Shown: positions 9,424 through 17,852 of the stretch, in pieces
Layout of the letters: the number at the start of each line of letters is the position of its first letter
Numbering within the stretch: the stretch's first letter is position 1
Assembly (NCBI GenBank): GCA_963631945.1
Contig: CAVGSW010000001.1
Coordinates: forward strand, 1 to 44,265
Length of the DNA stretch: 44,265 nucleotides
DNA from: Flexilinea sp.
GTDB taxonomy: Bacteria > Bacillota > Clostridia > Peptostreptococcales > Anaerovoracaceae
Reading direction: 5' to 3'
Made by a program: the position numbers and the translations under genes
Notes under the pieces: generated by a model
What the model was told of the DNA's origin: nothing
The model's input: the letters and a program-made list of their open reading frames with translations, nothing else
Databases searched by the model: none

Positions 9424-11046
9424 TTATTGTTGTGAGCTTGCAATGAGCTCGCGGGCGCTGGCCAGGGTGGTTTCTGTTACCGTAGCGCCGCCGAGGAGCC
9501 TTGCAATTTCTTCGATTCGGCCATCTTCTGACAGCTTCTGAATGTTCGTATATGTCTTTTCGTCATCCGTTTCCTTGTAGATGCGGTAGTTGCTGTCTGC
9601 GCAGGCCGCAATCTGCGGAAGGTGAGTGATGCAGATTATTTGGTGATGTTTGGATATCTCTTTCAGCTTGCGGCCGACGATGCTCGCCGTGATTCCGCTG
9701 ATTCCAGCATCGATTTCGTCGAATATGAGGGTAGGGATGTTGTCGCATGAGCTGATTACGTTCTTGAAGGCGAGCATGATTCTGGACATCTCGCCGCCGG
9801 ACGCGATTTTGGCAAGTGGCTTGAGCGGCTCGCCGCGGTTCGTCGCTATGAGAATCTCGACATTATCCATTCCGTTCTCCGTAGGGGCGGCGAGCGGTGT
9901 AATTGAAATCTCGAGCTTCGCGTCCTTGAAATTAAGGTCGGAAAGCTCCGAGGTGATCCTCTCCTCAAGCTCCCCCGCGGTCGCTTTCCTAATATCCGAA
10001 AGCTCCTTAGATACTTCGAGGAGCTCTTTCTTAGCCTTGCCGAGCTCCGCCTCCAGTCTCGCTTTCTCTTCATCGAAGTTCTCAATTTTGTCGAGCTCTT
10101 CAGCAATGTGCTGCTCGTATGCCAAGATCTCTTCGATGCTGTTTCCGTATTTTTTCTTGAGATTGTCAATCGTGTTCAGGCGGTTAATGGCTCTGTCCAT
10201 CTCGTCAGGTGAGAAGTTGAGACCATCCAGCACGCCCCTGAGCGAACCGGAAAGATCCCTGAGTCTATAATAGATGTCGCTAAATTCGCTATTTATTTCT
10301 TCGAGTTCATCGGAGCAGGACGAAACATCGGAAAGCGAATTTAGGCAAATGCCGAGCTCGTCGATAGCAGACGGTGTATTTTCGAAGAGAAGCGAATATG
10401 TTCTCTCGACATTTTCGAAGATCTTCTCGCTGTTCTGAAGCAGGTAAATTCGCTTCTCGAGCTCGGCGTCTTCGCCCGCCCTTAGATTTGCCTTCTGAAT
10501 CTCGGCAACTTCGTACCTGTAGAAATCCTGGCGGCGGGCGTTCTCCTTCTCATGCGACAGAAGGGAAGACAGCGCCGTGCGTATCTCCTGATACTTATGA
10601 AAACAAGCGGCTACTTCGGCCTTTTTGCTAGCGGAAGCGTCGCTGCGATACATGTCTAATAGAATTATGTGATAGTCGGGATTGAGCAGAGATTGGTTGT
10701 CGTACTGCCCGTGGATGTCGGCGAGACGGCGCGACACAGCGTTCAGCTGAGCGAGCGTCACAATTTCGCCGTTGAGTTTACAGATATTCTTGCCAGTGGA
10801 GGAGACTTCGCGCGTGATGAGCACTTCCTCGCCGTCGAGGCTCCCAAGCAGCTGAACTACAGCCTTGTCGGCACCCGTGCGAATGCTCGAAGTGTCTGCA
10901 CGGCTGCCGAGCGCGAGGCTTATCGCCTCGACCGCAATGGACTTGCCGCTGCCAGTCTCGCCCGTGATGATGTTGAGCCCGTCCTCAAAGTCGACCTCGG
11001 TGTTTTCGATTATAGCAAAATTCTTGATGCTGATATGGTCAATCAT
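9424..11046 (-). CDS. recN: DNA repair protein RecN
   Basis: IKNFAII, Walker A TGETGSGKS, DIHGQ, coiled coil, ASGGEMSR, FDEIDAG, ITHLPQIA; true start ATG 11046 with AGAGGGG SD. Confidence 0.96.
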   Translation of the reverse strand: MIDHISIKNFAIIENTEVDFEDGLNIITGETGSGKSIAVEAISLALGSRADTSSIRTGADKAVVQLLGSLDGEEVLITREVSSTGKNICKLNGEIVTLAQLNAVSRRLADIHGQYDNQSLLNPDYHIILLDMYRSDASASKKAEVAACFHKYQEIRTALSSLLSHEKENARRQDFYRYEVAEIQKANLRAGEDAELEKRIYLLQNSEKIFENVERTYSLLFENTPSAIDELGICLNSLSDVSSCSDELEEINSEFSDIYYRLRDLSGSLRGVLDGLNFSPDEMDRAINRLNTIDNLKKKYGNSIEEILAYEQHIAEELDKIENFDEEKARLEAELGKAKKELLEVSKELSDIRKATAGELEERITSELSDLNFKDAKLEISITPLAAPTENGMDNVEILIATNRGEPLKPLAKIASGGEMSRIMLAFKNVISSCDNIPTLIFDEIDAGISGITASIVGRKLKEISKHHQIICITHLPQIAACADSNYRIYKETDDEKTYTNIQKLSEDGRIEEIARLLGGATVTETTLASARELIASSQQ

Positions 11047-11065
11047 AGTTTCCCCTCTAATACCC

Positions 11066-11097
11066 CTCTTCACTCTCCACTCTCCACACTCCAAACT
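11066..11097. repeat. CTCTCCA-type heptamer array (copy 1)
   Basis: ctcttca ctctcca ctctcca cactcca aact between argR and recN. Confidence 0.8.
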
Positions 11098-11117
11098 ACG
11101 CGCAAGGCCTTAAAATA

Positions 11118-11585
11118 TTATTCTGCCTTGCCCGTCTTTTTAAGCATTTCGTTGAACCCGTCCACGATCTCAGGAACGTTAGCAGGGTCGTCCGCAACGA
11201 GCAGAAGCGTGTTGTCACCAGCAATCGAGCCGATGATGTGTTCGAAATTCGAAGTATCGATAGCCTCGCCAGCCGCGTTCGCGCAGCCCGAGAGCGTCTT
11301 CACAACGATGATATTGCCAGACGAAGCGATGGAAGTGATCGTCTCGCGGAAAATTTTGATGAATCTATCGGAAACCGGCAAATCCTGCGATTTGTGAACG
11401 GAATATTTGTATTTTCCTGTCGAGGAAAGCGTCTTGACGAGCTGAAGCTCTTTGATGTCCCTGGAAATCGTCGCCTGCGTGACTTCGTAGCCAGCAGCGC
11501 GGAGCATGGACGCGAGCTTCTCCTGCGTGTCAATCTCGTTGTTCGTGATGAGCTCAATTATCTTATTTTGTCTGGAATATCTCAT
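11118..11585 (-). CDS. argR: Arginine repressor ArgR
   Basis: TQEKL, VTQATISRDIKEL, KTLSGCA, GSIAGDNT; ATG 11585 with GGAGGT SD; argR-recN synteny. Confidence 0.95.
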   Translation of the reverse strand: MRYSRQNKIIELITNNEIDTQEKLASMLRAAGYEVTQATISRDIKELQLVKTLSSTGKYKYSVHKSQDLPVSDRFIKIFRETITSIASSGNIIVVKTLSGCANAAGEAIDTSNFEHIIGSIAGDNTLLLVADDPANVPEIVDGFNEMLKKTGKAE

Positions 11586-11646
11586 ATTTACCTCCGAATT
11601 CGCCTCCGAACGAAAAATTCGTATGCTGAACATTTCTATTACCGAA

Positions 11647-11675
11647 ATTTTAACATATCGAGCCGAAAATATCAA
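11647..11675 (-). promoter_or_regulatory. Putative sigma-A promoter of argR-recN
   Basis: Minus strand TTGATA-17bp-TAAAAT with extended TG. Confidence 0.6.
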
Positions 11676-11689
11676 CAAAAAATTAGAGG

Positions 11690-11718
11690 TAGACAAACAA
11701 ATGTTTGCGTGGTATAAT
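11690..11718 (+). promoter_or_regulatory. Sigma-A promoter of ruvCAB with a LexA-box-like palindrome in the spacer
   Basis: TAGACA-17bp-TATAAT with extended TG; CAAAC-AAAT-GTTTG at 11694-11707. Confidence 0.7.
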
Positions 11719-11774
11719 TTTTTCAGAACAAAAGGCGAACACGCCGCAGATTTTCGATTTGCAAGGAGAAATAT

Positions 11775-12281
11775 TTGAGAATCTTAGGGATCGACCCTGG
11801 CTATGCGATACTCGGCTACGGGGTTTTGGATATGAAAGGCAACCACTTTGAGGTTGTGACATACGGCTCGATTTTGACGGACAGCAAAATGGAAATGCCC
11901 GACAGGCTTTGCGTGCTCTACGACGGGCTCATGGAGATAATCGAGAAATACCACCCAGAAGAAGCCTCGATTGAGGAACTTTTCTTCAATAATAATGCAA
12001 AGACAGCGATCCTCGTCGGCGAGGCGAGAGGCGTTGCGGTGCTTGCGTGCGCGAAGCAGGGATTGAAGATATTCGAGTACACGCCTCTGCAGATCAAGCA
12101 GGCACTCGTTGGATACGGCCGCGCGGACAAGAAGCAGGTGCAGGCGATGGTAAAGGCGATACTGAACCTCGAAGAAGTCCCGAAGCCAGACGACACAGCG
12201 GACGCAGTAGCCGCAGCGATTTGCCACGGACACGCAGGCGGCGCCCAGAAGCGCAAACTCAGAATCCGCGAGGGCATCTAA
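11775..12281 (+). CDS. ruvC: Holliday junction resolvase RuvC
   Basis: [32 protein letters not shown] start with AGGAG SD. Confidence 0.97.
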   Translation: MRILGIDPGYAILGYGVLDMKGNHFEVVTYGSILTDSKMEMPDRLCVLYDGLMEIIEKYHPEEASIEELFFNNNAKTAILVGEARGVAVLACAKQGLKIFEYTPLQIKQALVGYGRADKKQVQAMVKAILNLEEVPKPDDTADAVAAAICHGHAGGAQKRKLRIREGI

Positions 12282-12303
12282 TTATAGCGAAGGAGGAATC
12301 AAT

Positions 12304-12912
12304 TTGATTCGATACATCAAAGGCACATACGCAATGACGGTGGAGACGGGGATTGTCGTTGAGACATCCTCTGGCATAGGCTTTGAGATAAGCATCCCAG
12401 CCGGCTCACCGATTTACAAATATTCAGAGGGCGACGAAGTGCTCGTCTACACGTACATGATGGTAAAGGAAGACGACATCAGCCTCTACGGCTTCCATAA
12501 CCGCGAGAGCCTCGATCTATTCAGACTGCTTATCACGGTGAACGGAGTGGGTGCAAAGGCCGCCATGGCAATCATGGGAAGCATGACAGCGGGCGAGCTC
12601 AGGCAGGCAGTCATCTTCGAAGATGCGAAGACGATTAGCAAGGCAAACGGAATCGGCAAGAAGACCGCCGAGCGCATCATTCTCGAGCTGAAGGATAAGC
12701 TCGGAAACCTTGAGCGAGGCGGTGCAATGCAGGCAGCCGCACTCAACGACGAGACAGGAGCGGCAACCGGCGATGCGAGAGCAGAGGCAATCAGCGCGCT
12801 CGCGGCGCTTGGCTACACGAAGGCCGAGGCGTTCGCGGCGATTTCCGCAGTGCCAGACGAAGGACTCACATGCGAAGACTACATCAAGAAAGCTCTCAAG
12901 AATCTGTTTTAA
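12304..12912 (+). CDS. ruvA: Holliday junction branch migration protein RuvA
   Basis: EDDISLYGF, LITVNGVGAK, GIGKKTAERIILELKDK, ALAALGY. Confidence 0.97.
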   Translation: MIRYIKGTYAMTVETGIVVETSSGIGFEISIPAGSPIYKYSEGDEVLVYTYMMVKEDDISLYGFHNRESLDLFRLLITVNGVGAKAAMAIMGSMTAGELRQAVIFEDAKTISKANGIGKKTAERIILELKDKLGNLERGGAMQAAALNDETGAATGDARAEAISALAALGYTKAEAFAAISAVPDEGLTCEDYIKKALKNLF

Positions 12913-12925
12913 GAAGGAAGCATAA

Positions 12926-13948
12926 ATGGAAAACGAAAGAATCACATCCGCAGGCATCAATCCAGGCGAGGCAAGGCAGGAAGCCACGATTCGCCCGCAA
13001 TACTTAGAGGATTACATCGGCCAAAAGGGTGTTAAAGACAATTTGAAAGTATTCATAGAGGCGGCTAGACAGAGGGGCGAGCCTCTGGATCACGTGCTTT
13101 TCTATGGGCCGCCGGGACTGGGTAAGACGACGCTCGCGGGCATCATCGCAAACGAGCTCGGCGTTAACATCAAGATTACCTCAGGTCCAGCAATAGAGCG
13201 AGCAGGAGACCTTGCCGCTATCCTCACGAACTTAGAAGAAAACGACGTGCTTTTCATCGACGAAATCCACAGACTGAATCGCTCGGTCGAGGAAGTACTG
13301 TACTCCGCGATGGAAGACTACGCCCTCGATATTATAATAGGAAAGGGACCATCCGCGCGTTCCATCAGACTCGACCTCGCGAGGTTCACGCTGATTGGCG
13401 CAACTACGCGAGCTGGTAGCCTTTCTGCACCGCTCAGAGATAGATTCGGTGTCATCAGCAAATTCGAGCTCTACACGACCGACGAGCTGACTGAGATCAT
13501 CAAGAGAACCGCCAGAATCCTTGGCGTTACTGCGGATGAGGAATCTCTCATCGAGATGGCAAAGCGCTCGCGAGGAACCCCTCGTGTAGCCAATCGCATG
13601 CTGAAGCGAATCAGGGACTTTTCACAGGTCAAAGGCAATGGTATAATAGACATGGAAATCACGAAGGAAGCTCTGGACGCACTCGGAGTTGACGAGCTCG
13701 GACTCGAGAGGCTCGACCGCGAGATTCTCAGCGGAATCATCGAGCGCTTCAACGGCGGACCTGTTGGAATCGACACGATTGCCGCATCCATCGGCGAAGA
13801 GAGAGTCACGATTGAGGATGTCTACGAGCCATATCTCATCCAGACAGGGCTTTTATATCGTACACAGAAAGGAAGAATGGTTTCCCCAGCAGGCTATAAG
13901 CACATGGGTCTGACGCCAATCGGCGAAGAGCCCGAGGAAACCGAATAA
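12926..13948 (+). CDS. ruvB: Holliday junction helicase RuvB
   Basis: [32 protein letters not shown]. Confidence 0.98.
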   Translation: MENERITSAGINPGEARQEATIRPQYLEDYIGQKGVKDNLKVFIEAARQRGEPLDHVLFYGPPGLGKTTLAGIIANELGVNIKITSGPAIERAGDLAAILTNLEENDVLFIDEIHRLNRSVEEVLYSAMEDYALDIIIGKGPSARSIRLDLARFTLIGATTRAGSLSAPLRDRFGVISKFELYTTDELTEIIKRTARILGVTADEESLIEMAKRSRGTPRVANRMLKRIRDFSQVKGNGIIDMEITKEALDALGVDELGLERLDREILSGIIERFNGGPVGIDTIAASIGEERVTIEDVYEPYLIQTGLLYRTQKGRMVSPAGYKHMGLTPIGEEPEETE

Positions 13949-13950
13949 AC

Positions 13951-15042
13951 ATGCACATTAACGATTTTGATTATGATTTGCCGCAGGAGCTCATTGCGCA
14001 GACTCCCGCAGAAAAACGCGATTTTTCGAGGCTTATGGTTGTAGACAGGGCTACAGGCAATGTCGAGCATAAGCACTTTTACGATATCGTAGATTATTTA
14101 CAAGAGGGCGACTGCCTCGTTCTGAACAATTCCAAGGTTCTGCCAGCAAGACTGTATGGCAAGAAAGAGGGAACAGGCGCGAACGTCGAGTTCCTCCTGA
14201 TTAAGAGAATAGAAGGCGACACGTGGGAGACCATGGTTAGACCAGGCAAGAGGCTGAAACCAGGCGACTCGGTAATCTTCTCGGGCGAGAGCGACTCCGA
14301 GGCAAACGGCAGCAGTGAGTCAGGTAGCGGCAAGCTCTTCCGCGCGAGAATCAAAGACTACGGCGAGGACGGAACGAGAATCGTCGAATTCGAGTACGAA
14401 GGAATTTTCCTCGAAAGGTTAGAAGAGCTCGGCAAAATGCCGCTCCCGCCATATATCGAGCGTGAGAACAATTCCGAAGACAAGGATAGATACCAGACTG
14501 TTTATGCGAAGAACGAAGGCTCGGTAGCCGCACCGACGGCGGGGTTGCATTTCACGCCAGAGCTCCTCGAGAAGGCAAAGGCAAAGGGCGTCAAGCTCGC
14601 ATACGTCACACTCCACGTAGGAATTGGAACGTTTAGACCGGTCAAGGTAGAGAATATCGAAGAGCATCACATGCACTTCGAAGAGTATTTCGTGGATGAG
14701 GAGACTGCAAACACGATAAACGAGACAATCAAAGCAGGAGGCAGAATCGTTTCCGTCGGAACGACATCCACCAGAACAGTGGAGAGCGCAGCATATTTCG
14801 ATGAAGACTGCGGCAAGTACCTCGTGAAGGCAGGCCACGGCTCCACAGGCATCTTCATCTACCCAGGCTACGAGTTCAAGATCATCAAAGCGCTCATCAC
14901 GAACTTCCACCTGCCGAAATCGACGCTCCTGATGCTAATCTCCGCACTCTACAACCGCGAAGACATCCTCCGCGTCTACAAAATCGCCGTTGAGGAACGC
15001 TACCGCTTCTTCAGCTACGGCGACGCCATGTTCATCAAATAG
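13951..15042 (+). CDS. queA: S-adenosylmethionine:tRNA ribosyltransferase-isomerase
   Basis: [47 protein letters not shown]. Confidence 0.97.
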   Translation: MHINDFDYDLPQELIAQTPAEKRDFSRLMVVDRATGNVEHKHFYDIVDYLQEGDCLVLNNSKVLPARLYGKKEGTGANVEFLLIKRIEGDTWETMVRPGKRLKPGDSVIFSGESDSEANGSSESGSGKLFRARIKDYGEDGTRIVEFEYEGIFLERLEELGKMPLPPYIERENNSEDKDRYQTVYAKNEGSVAAPTAGLHFTPELLEKAKAKGVKLAYVTLHVGIGTFRPVKVENIEEHHMHFEEYFVDEETANTINETIKAGGRIVSVGTTSTRTVESAAYFDEDCGKYLVKAGHGSTGIFIYPGYEFKIIKALITNFHLPKSTLLMLISALYNREDILRVYKIAVEERYRFFSYGDAMFIK

Positions 15043-15100
15043 CAACAACGCACATAAATGAACATTCAGTGATTAACAATCATCAATCAATAGCAAAAGC

Positions 15101-15136
15101 AAAAGCATGTACCAACCGCGGCACATGCTTTTCTTT
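15101..15136 (+). terminator. Intrinsic terminator of ruvCAB-queA
   Basis: AAAAGCATGT...ACATGCTTTT stem followed by CTTT. Confidence 0.75.
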
Positions 15137-15137
15137 A

Positions 15138-15192
15138 CTCTTCACTCTCCACATTCCACTCTTTGATGAAGTTCTTCACTCTCCACTCTCAA
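15138..15192. repeat. CTCTCCA-type heptamer array (copy 2)
   Basis: ctcttca ctctcca cattcca ctctttg ... ttcttca ctctcca ctctcaa directly after the queA terminator. Confidence 0.8.
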
Positions 15193-15277
15193 GAAGCACT
15201 CAACATTCGCGAAGCTCTGCACACGCGTGAAATTGCATTTTTTTTGGATAATCCGAGGCAATTAACGCAATTTGAAC

Positions 15278-15306
15278 TTGTGAACATTGTATACATGTGT
15301 TAAAAT
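15278..15306 (+). promoter_or_regulatory. Putative promoter of the hydrogenase operon
   Basis: TTGTGA-17bp-TAAAAT with extended TG. Confidence 0.55.
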
Positions 15307-15433
15307 GATGTCACAGCTGAATACGACAGTTGAACAAGTCAGCTTGACGAGCGTGACAAAGTAACAAAGCTGCTAAGAGGCTAAGCAAGCTAAATAGCTG
15401 ATCAAGAATGAAAAAGAAAAAAGGAGAAAAAGT

Positions 15434-15931
15434 ATGTGCTGCAGTGAACAAACCCAGATGCAACAGCTGGAAGAAGTGATCGAAAAATACAGAGATACGG
15501 CGGGCGCTTTGATACCGGTCCTGCATGAGGCGCAGGATATTTTCGGGTATCTGCCGCCAGAAGTCATGAAAAAAGTGGCAAGAGGGCTGGAAATTTCAGA
15601 GGCCAAGGTTTACGGCGTCGCGACGTTCTATTCGCAGTTTTCCCTGACACAGAAGGGAAAATACCGCGTCAGCGTTTGCCTCGGAACGGCATGCTATGTC
15701 AAGGGCGCTGCAGAGATTTTGGATAAACTGAAGGAAAGACTGATGATCGAAGTCGGGGAATGCACGGAAGACGGGCTGTTTTCGCTCGATTCCTGCCGCT
15801 GCATCGGGGCATGCAGCCTGGCACCAGTCATGACCATCAACGACGAGGTTTACGGTAGACTGACCGTAGACGACATTGACGGAATCATCAGCAAATACGA
15901 AGAGATGGAAAAGGAAGGAGTAGGCGCATGA
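15434..15931 (+). CDS. hydC: [FeFe]-hydrogenase NuoE-like [2Fe-2S] subunit (HydC/gamma)
   Basis: VATFYSQF, VCLGTAC, CIGACSLAP; AGGAG SD. Confidence 0.9.
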   Translation: MCCSEQTQMQQLEEVIEKYRDTAGALIPVLHEAQDIFGYLPPEVMKKVARGLEISEAKVYGVATFYSQFSLTQKGKYRVSVCLGTACYVKGAAEILDKLKERLMIEVGECTEDGLFSLDSCRCIGACSLAPVMTINDEVYGRLTVDDIDGIISKYEEMEKEGVGA

Positions 15932-17838
15932 CTGACAAGATGACGAATAACGCTGGTGCAGAGAATTTGCAGGCAAGCAAAAGAGTTCGCAGCAAAATCA
16001 AATCAGCGGAAGAATTGAAGCAAATCAAAGAAGAAACGATTGCGCAGATTGGCCATCGCTTCGATGCGCAGGTAGCAAGCCATGCGAGACTTTCGCTCAT
16101 GGTCTGCGGCGGAGGCGGATGCCACTCCTCCGGTTCAGGCAAGCTAATCGAGCGCCTCAAAGAACTTGCTGAACGCGACAATATGCAAGACGAAATTGAG
16201 ATTGTAAGAACTGGCTGCTTCGGGCTCTGCTCCGAGGGACCGATTTTGGTCGTTCAGCCAGAAGGCATCATGTACACAAAGGTCGCAGAAGAAGATATAG
16301 ACGAAATCTGGGAGAGCCATGTCAAGAACGGCAGGATGGTAGGACACCTGCTTTCCCCACACGAAAAAGATTTCTTCTCCAAGCAGAATCGTATCGCACT
16401 CAAGAACTGCGGTAAGATTAACCCGGAATGCATCGAAGAATACATCGCCCTCGACGGCTATGCCGCGCTCGCCAAGGCGCTGTACGAAATGCAGCCAGAG
16501 GACGTCATTGAAGTCGTTAAGGATTCTGGTTTGCGCGGCAGAGGCGGCGGCGGCTTCCCTGCAGGAGTTAAGTGGGAAGTAGCCGCACAGCAGCAGACAG
16601 CCGAAAAGAACGTAGTCTGCAATGCTGACGAGGGCGACCCAGGCGCTTTCATGGACCGTTCGATTTTGGAAGACGACCCGCACTCGGTACTGGAAGCTAT
16701 GGCAATCACTGCTTACGCTATCGGAGCAGAGTCAGGATATATCTACGTGCGTGCAGAATATCCGACCGCTGTAGAGCGCCTGAAGATTGCAATTGCGCAG
16801 GCACGCGAGTATGGACTTCTGGGCAAAGATATCCTCGGCAAGGGACTGAATTTTGATATTGAGATTCGTCTTGGTGCAGGCGCATTCGTTTGCGGAGAGG
16901 CGACAGCGCTGATGATATCCATAGAAGGCAATCGTGGCGAGCCGCGTCTCAAACCGCCATCATCAGCGGTACGCGGCCTGTTCGGACAGCCGACAATACT
17001 CAACAATGTAGAGACGTTTGCAAATGTGCCACAGATCCTGCTGAAGGGCGCAGACTGGTTCCGCAGCATCGGCACTGAGAAGTCCTCAGGCACGAAGGTT
17101 TTCGCACTCGGTGGCAAAATCAACAACTCTGGTCTGGTTGAAATTCCGATGGGCACGACCATGAGAGAGATGATATACGACATAGGCGGAGGAATTCCAA
17201 ACGGCAAGAAATTCAAGGCAGTTCAGACTGGCGGACCGTCGGGCGGCTGCATTCCAGCTGAGCACCTCGATACGCCGATCGACTATGATTCGCTGAGCAA
17301 ACTCGGCTCGATGATGGGTTCCGGCGGCATGATTGTCATGGATGAGAACACATGCATGGTCGATATTGCGAAGTTTTTCTTGGAATTTACGGTAGACGAA
17401 TCCTGCGGCAAATGCCCACCTTGCAGAATCGGCACGCGCAGAATGCTCGATATCCTCACGAGAATCACGGAAGGAAAGGGCACGATGGACGATTTGGACG
17501 AGCTGGAAGACCTGGCGCACACTATCAAGCGCGCATCGCTTTGCGGCCTCGGACAGTCCGCACCGAATCCAGTGCTTTCTACGATGAAATATTTCAAGGA
17601 CGAATACATCGCCCATGTACGCGACAAAAAATGCCCAGCTGGGGTTTGCGTTTCCATGCTGCGTTACGTTGTTGACAGCGAAATTTGTAAACGCTGCGGC
17701 ATCTGCGCGAAGAACTGTCCAGTTGGTGCAATCAGCGGCAGCAAGAACGAACCGTATGTTATTGATCAAGATAAATGTATCAAGTGCGGCGTCTGCATGG
17801 CTAAGTGTCCGTTCAAGTCTATCATGAAGAATGCGTAA
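15928..17838 (+). CDS. hydB: [FeFe]-hydrogenase NuoF-like diaphorase subunit (HydB/beta)
   Basis: N-terminal thioredoxin-like 2Fe-2S (CGGGGC, GCFGLC), GRGGGGF, NADEGDPGAFMD, GGPSG, ESCGKCPPCR, two C-terminal 4Fe-4S motifs; ATGA overlap with hydC. Confidence 0.92.
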   Translation: MTDKMTNNAGAENLQASKRVRSKIKSAEELKQIKEETIAQIGHRFDAQVASHARLSLMVCGGGGCHSSGSGKLIERLKELAERDNMQDEIEIVRTGCFGLCSEGPILVVQPEGIMYTKVAEEDIDEIWESHVKNGRMVGHLLSPHEKDFFSKQNRIALKNCGKINPECIEEYIALDGYAALAKALYEMQPEDVIEVVKDSGLRGRGGGGFPAGVKWEVAAQQQTAEKNVVCNADEGDPGAFMDRSILEDDPHSVLEAMAITAYAIGAESGYIYVRAEYPTAVERLKIAIAQAREYGLLGKDILGKGLNFDIEIRLGAGAFVCGEATALMISIEGNRGEPRLKPPSSAVRGLFGQPTILNNVETFANVPQILLKGADWFRSIGTEKSSGTKVFALGGKINNSGLVEIPMGTTMREMIYDIGGGIPNGKKFKAVQTGGPSGGCIPAEHLDTPIDYDSLSKLGSMMGSGGMIVMDENTCMVDIAKFFLEFTVDESCGKCPPCRIGTRRMLDILTRITEGKGTMDDLDELEDLAHTIKRASLCGLGQSAPNPVLSTMKYFKDEYIAHVRDKKCPAGVCVSMLRYVVDSEICKRCGICAKNCPVGAISGSKNEPYVIDQDKCIKCGVCMAKCPFKSIMKNA

Positions 17839-17852
17839 AGGGGGAAACTGAA

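Noticed and set aside
11047..11094. N-terminal extension MECGEWRVKRG of RecN, and similar longest-ORF extensions of ArgR, YajC, HemZ and HydA
   Set aside because: Translation of repeat, promoter, tRNA or upstream-gene sequence; downstream starts have SD sites and match family N-termini.
11595..11645. Second LexA box or ARG box in the argR leader (CGAAC-gaaaa-ATTCG; GAAC-attt-CTAT)
   Set aside because: Spacing or one half-site does not fit either consensus; too degenerate to call.
15278..15315. Rex operator upstream of the hydrogenase (TTGTGAA..., TGTTA...TCACA)
   Set aside because: Half-sites are spaced 7-8 bp rather than the required TGTGA-N6-TCACA; TTGTGA is better explained as the -35.
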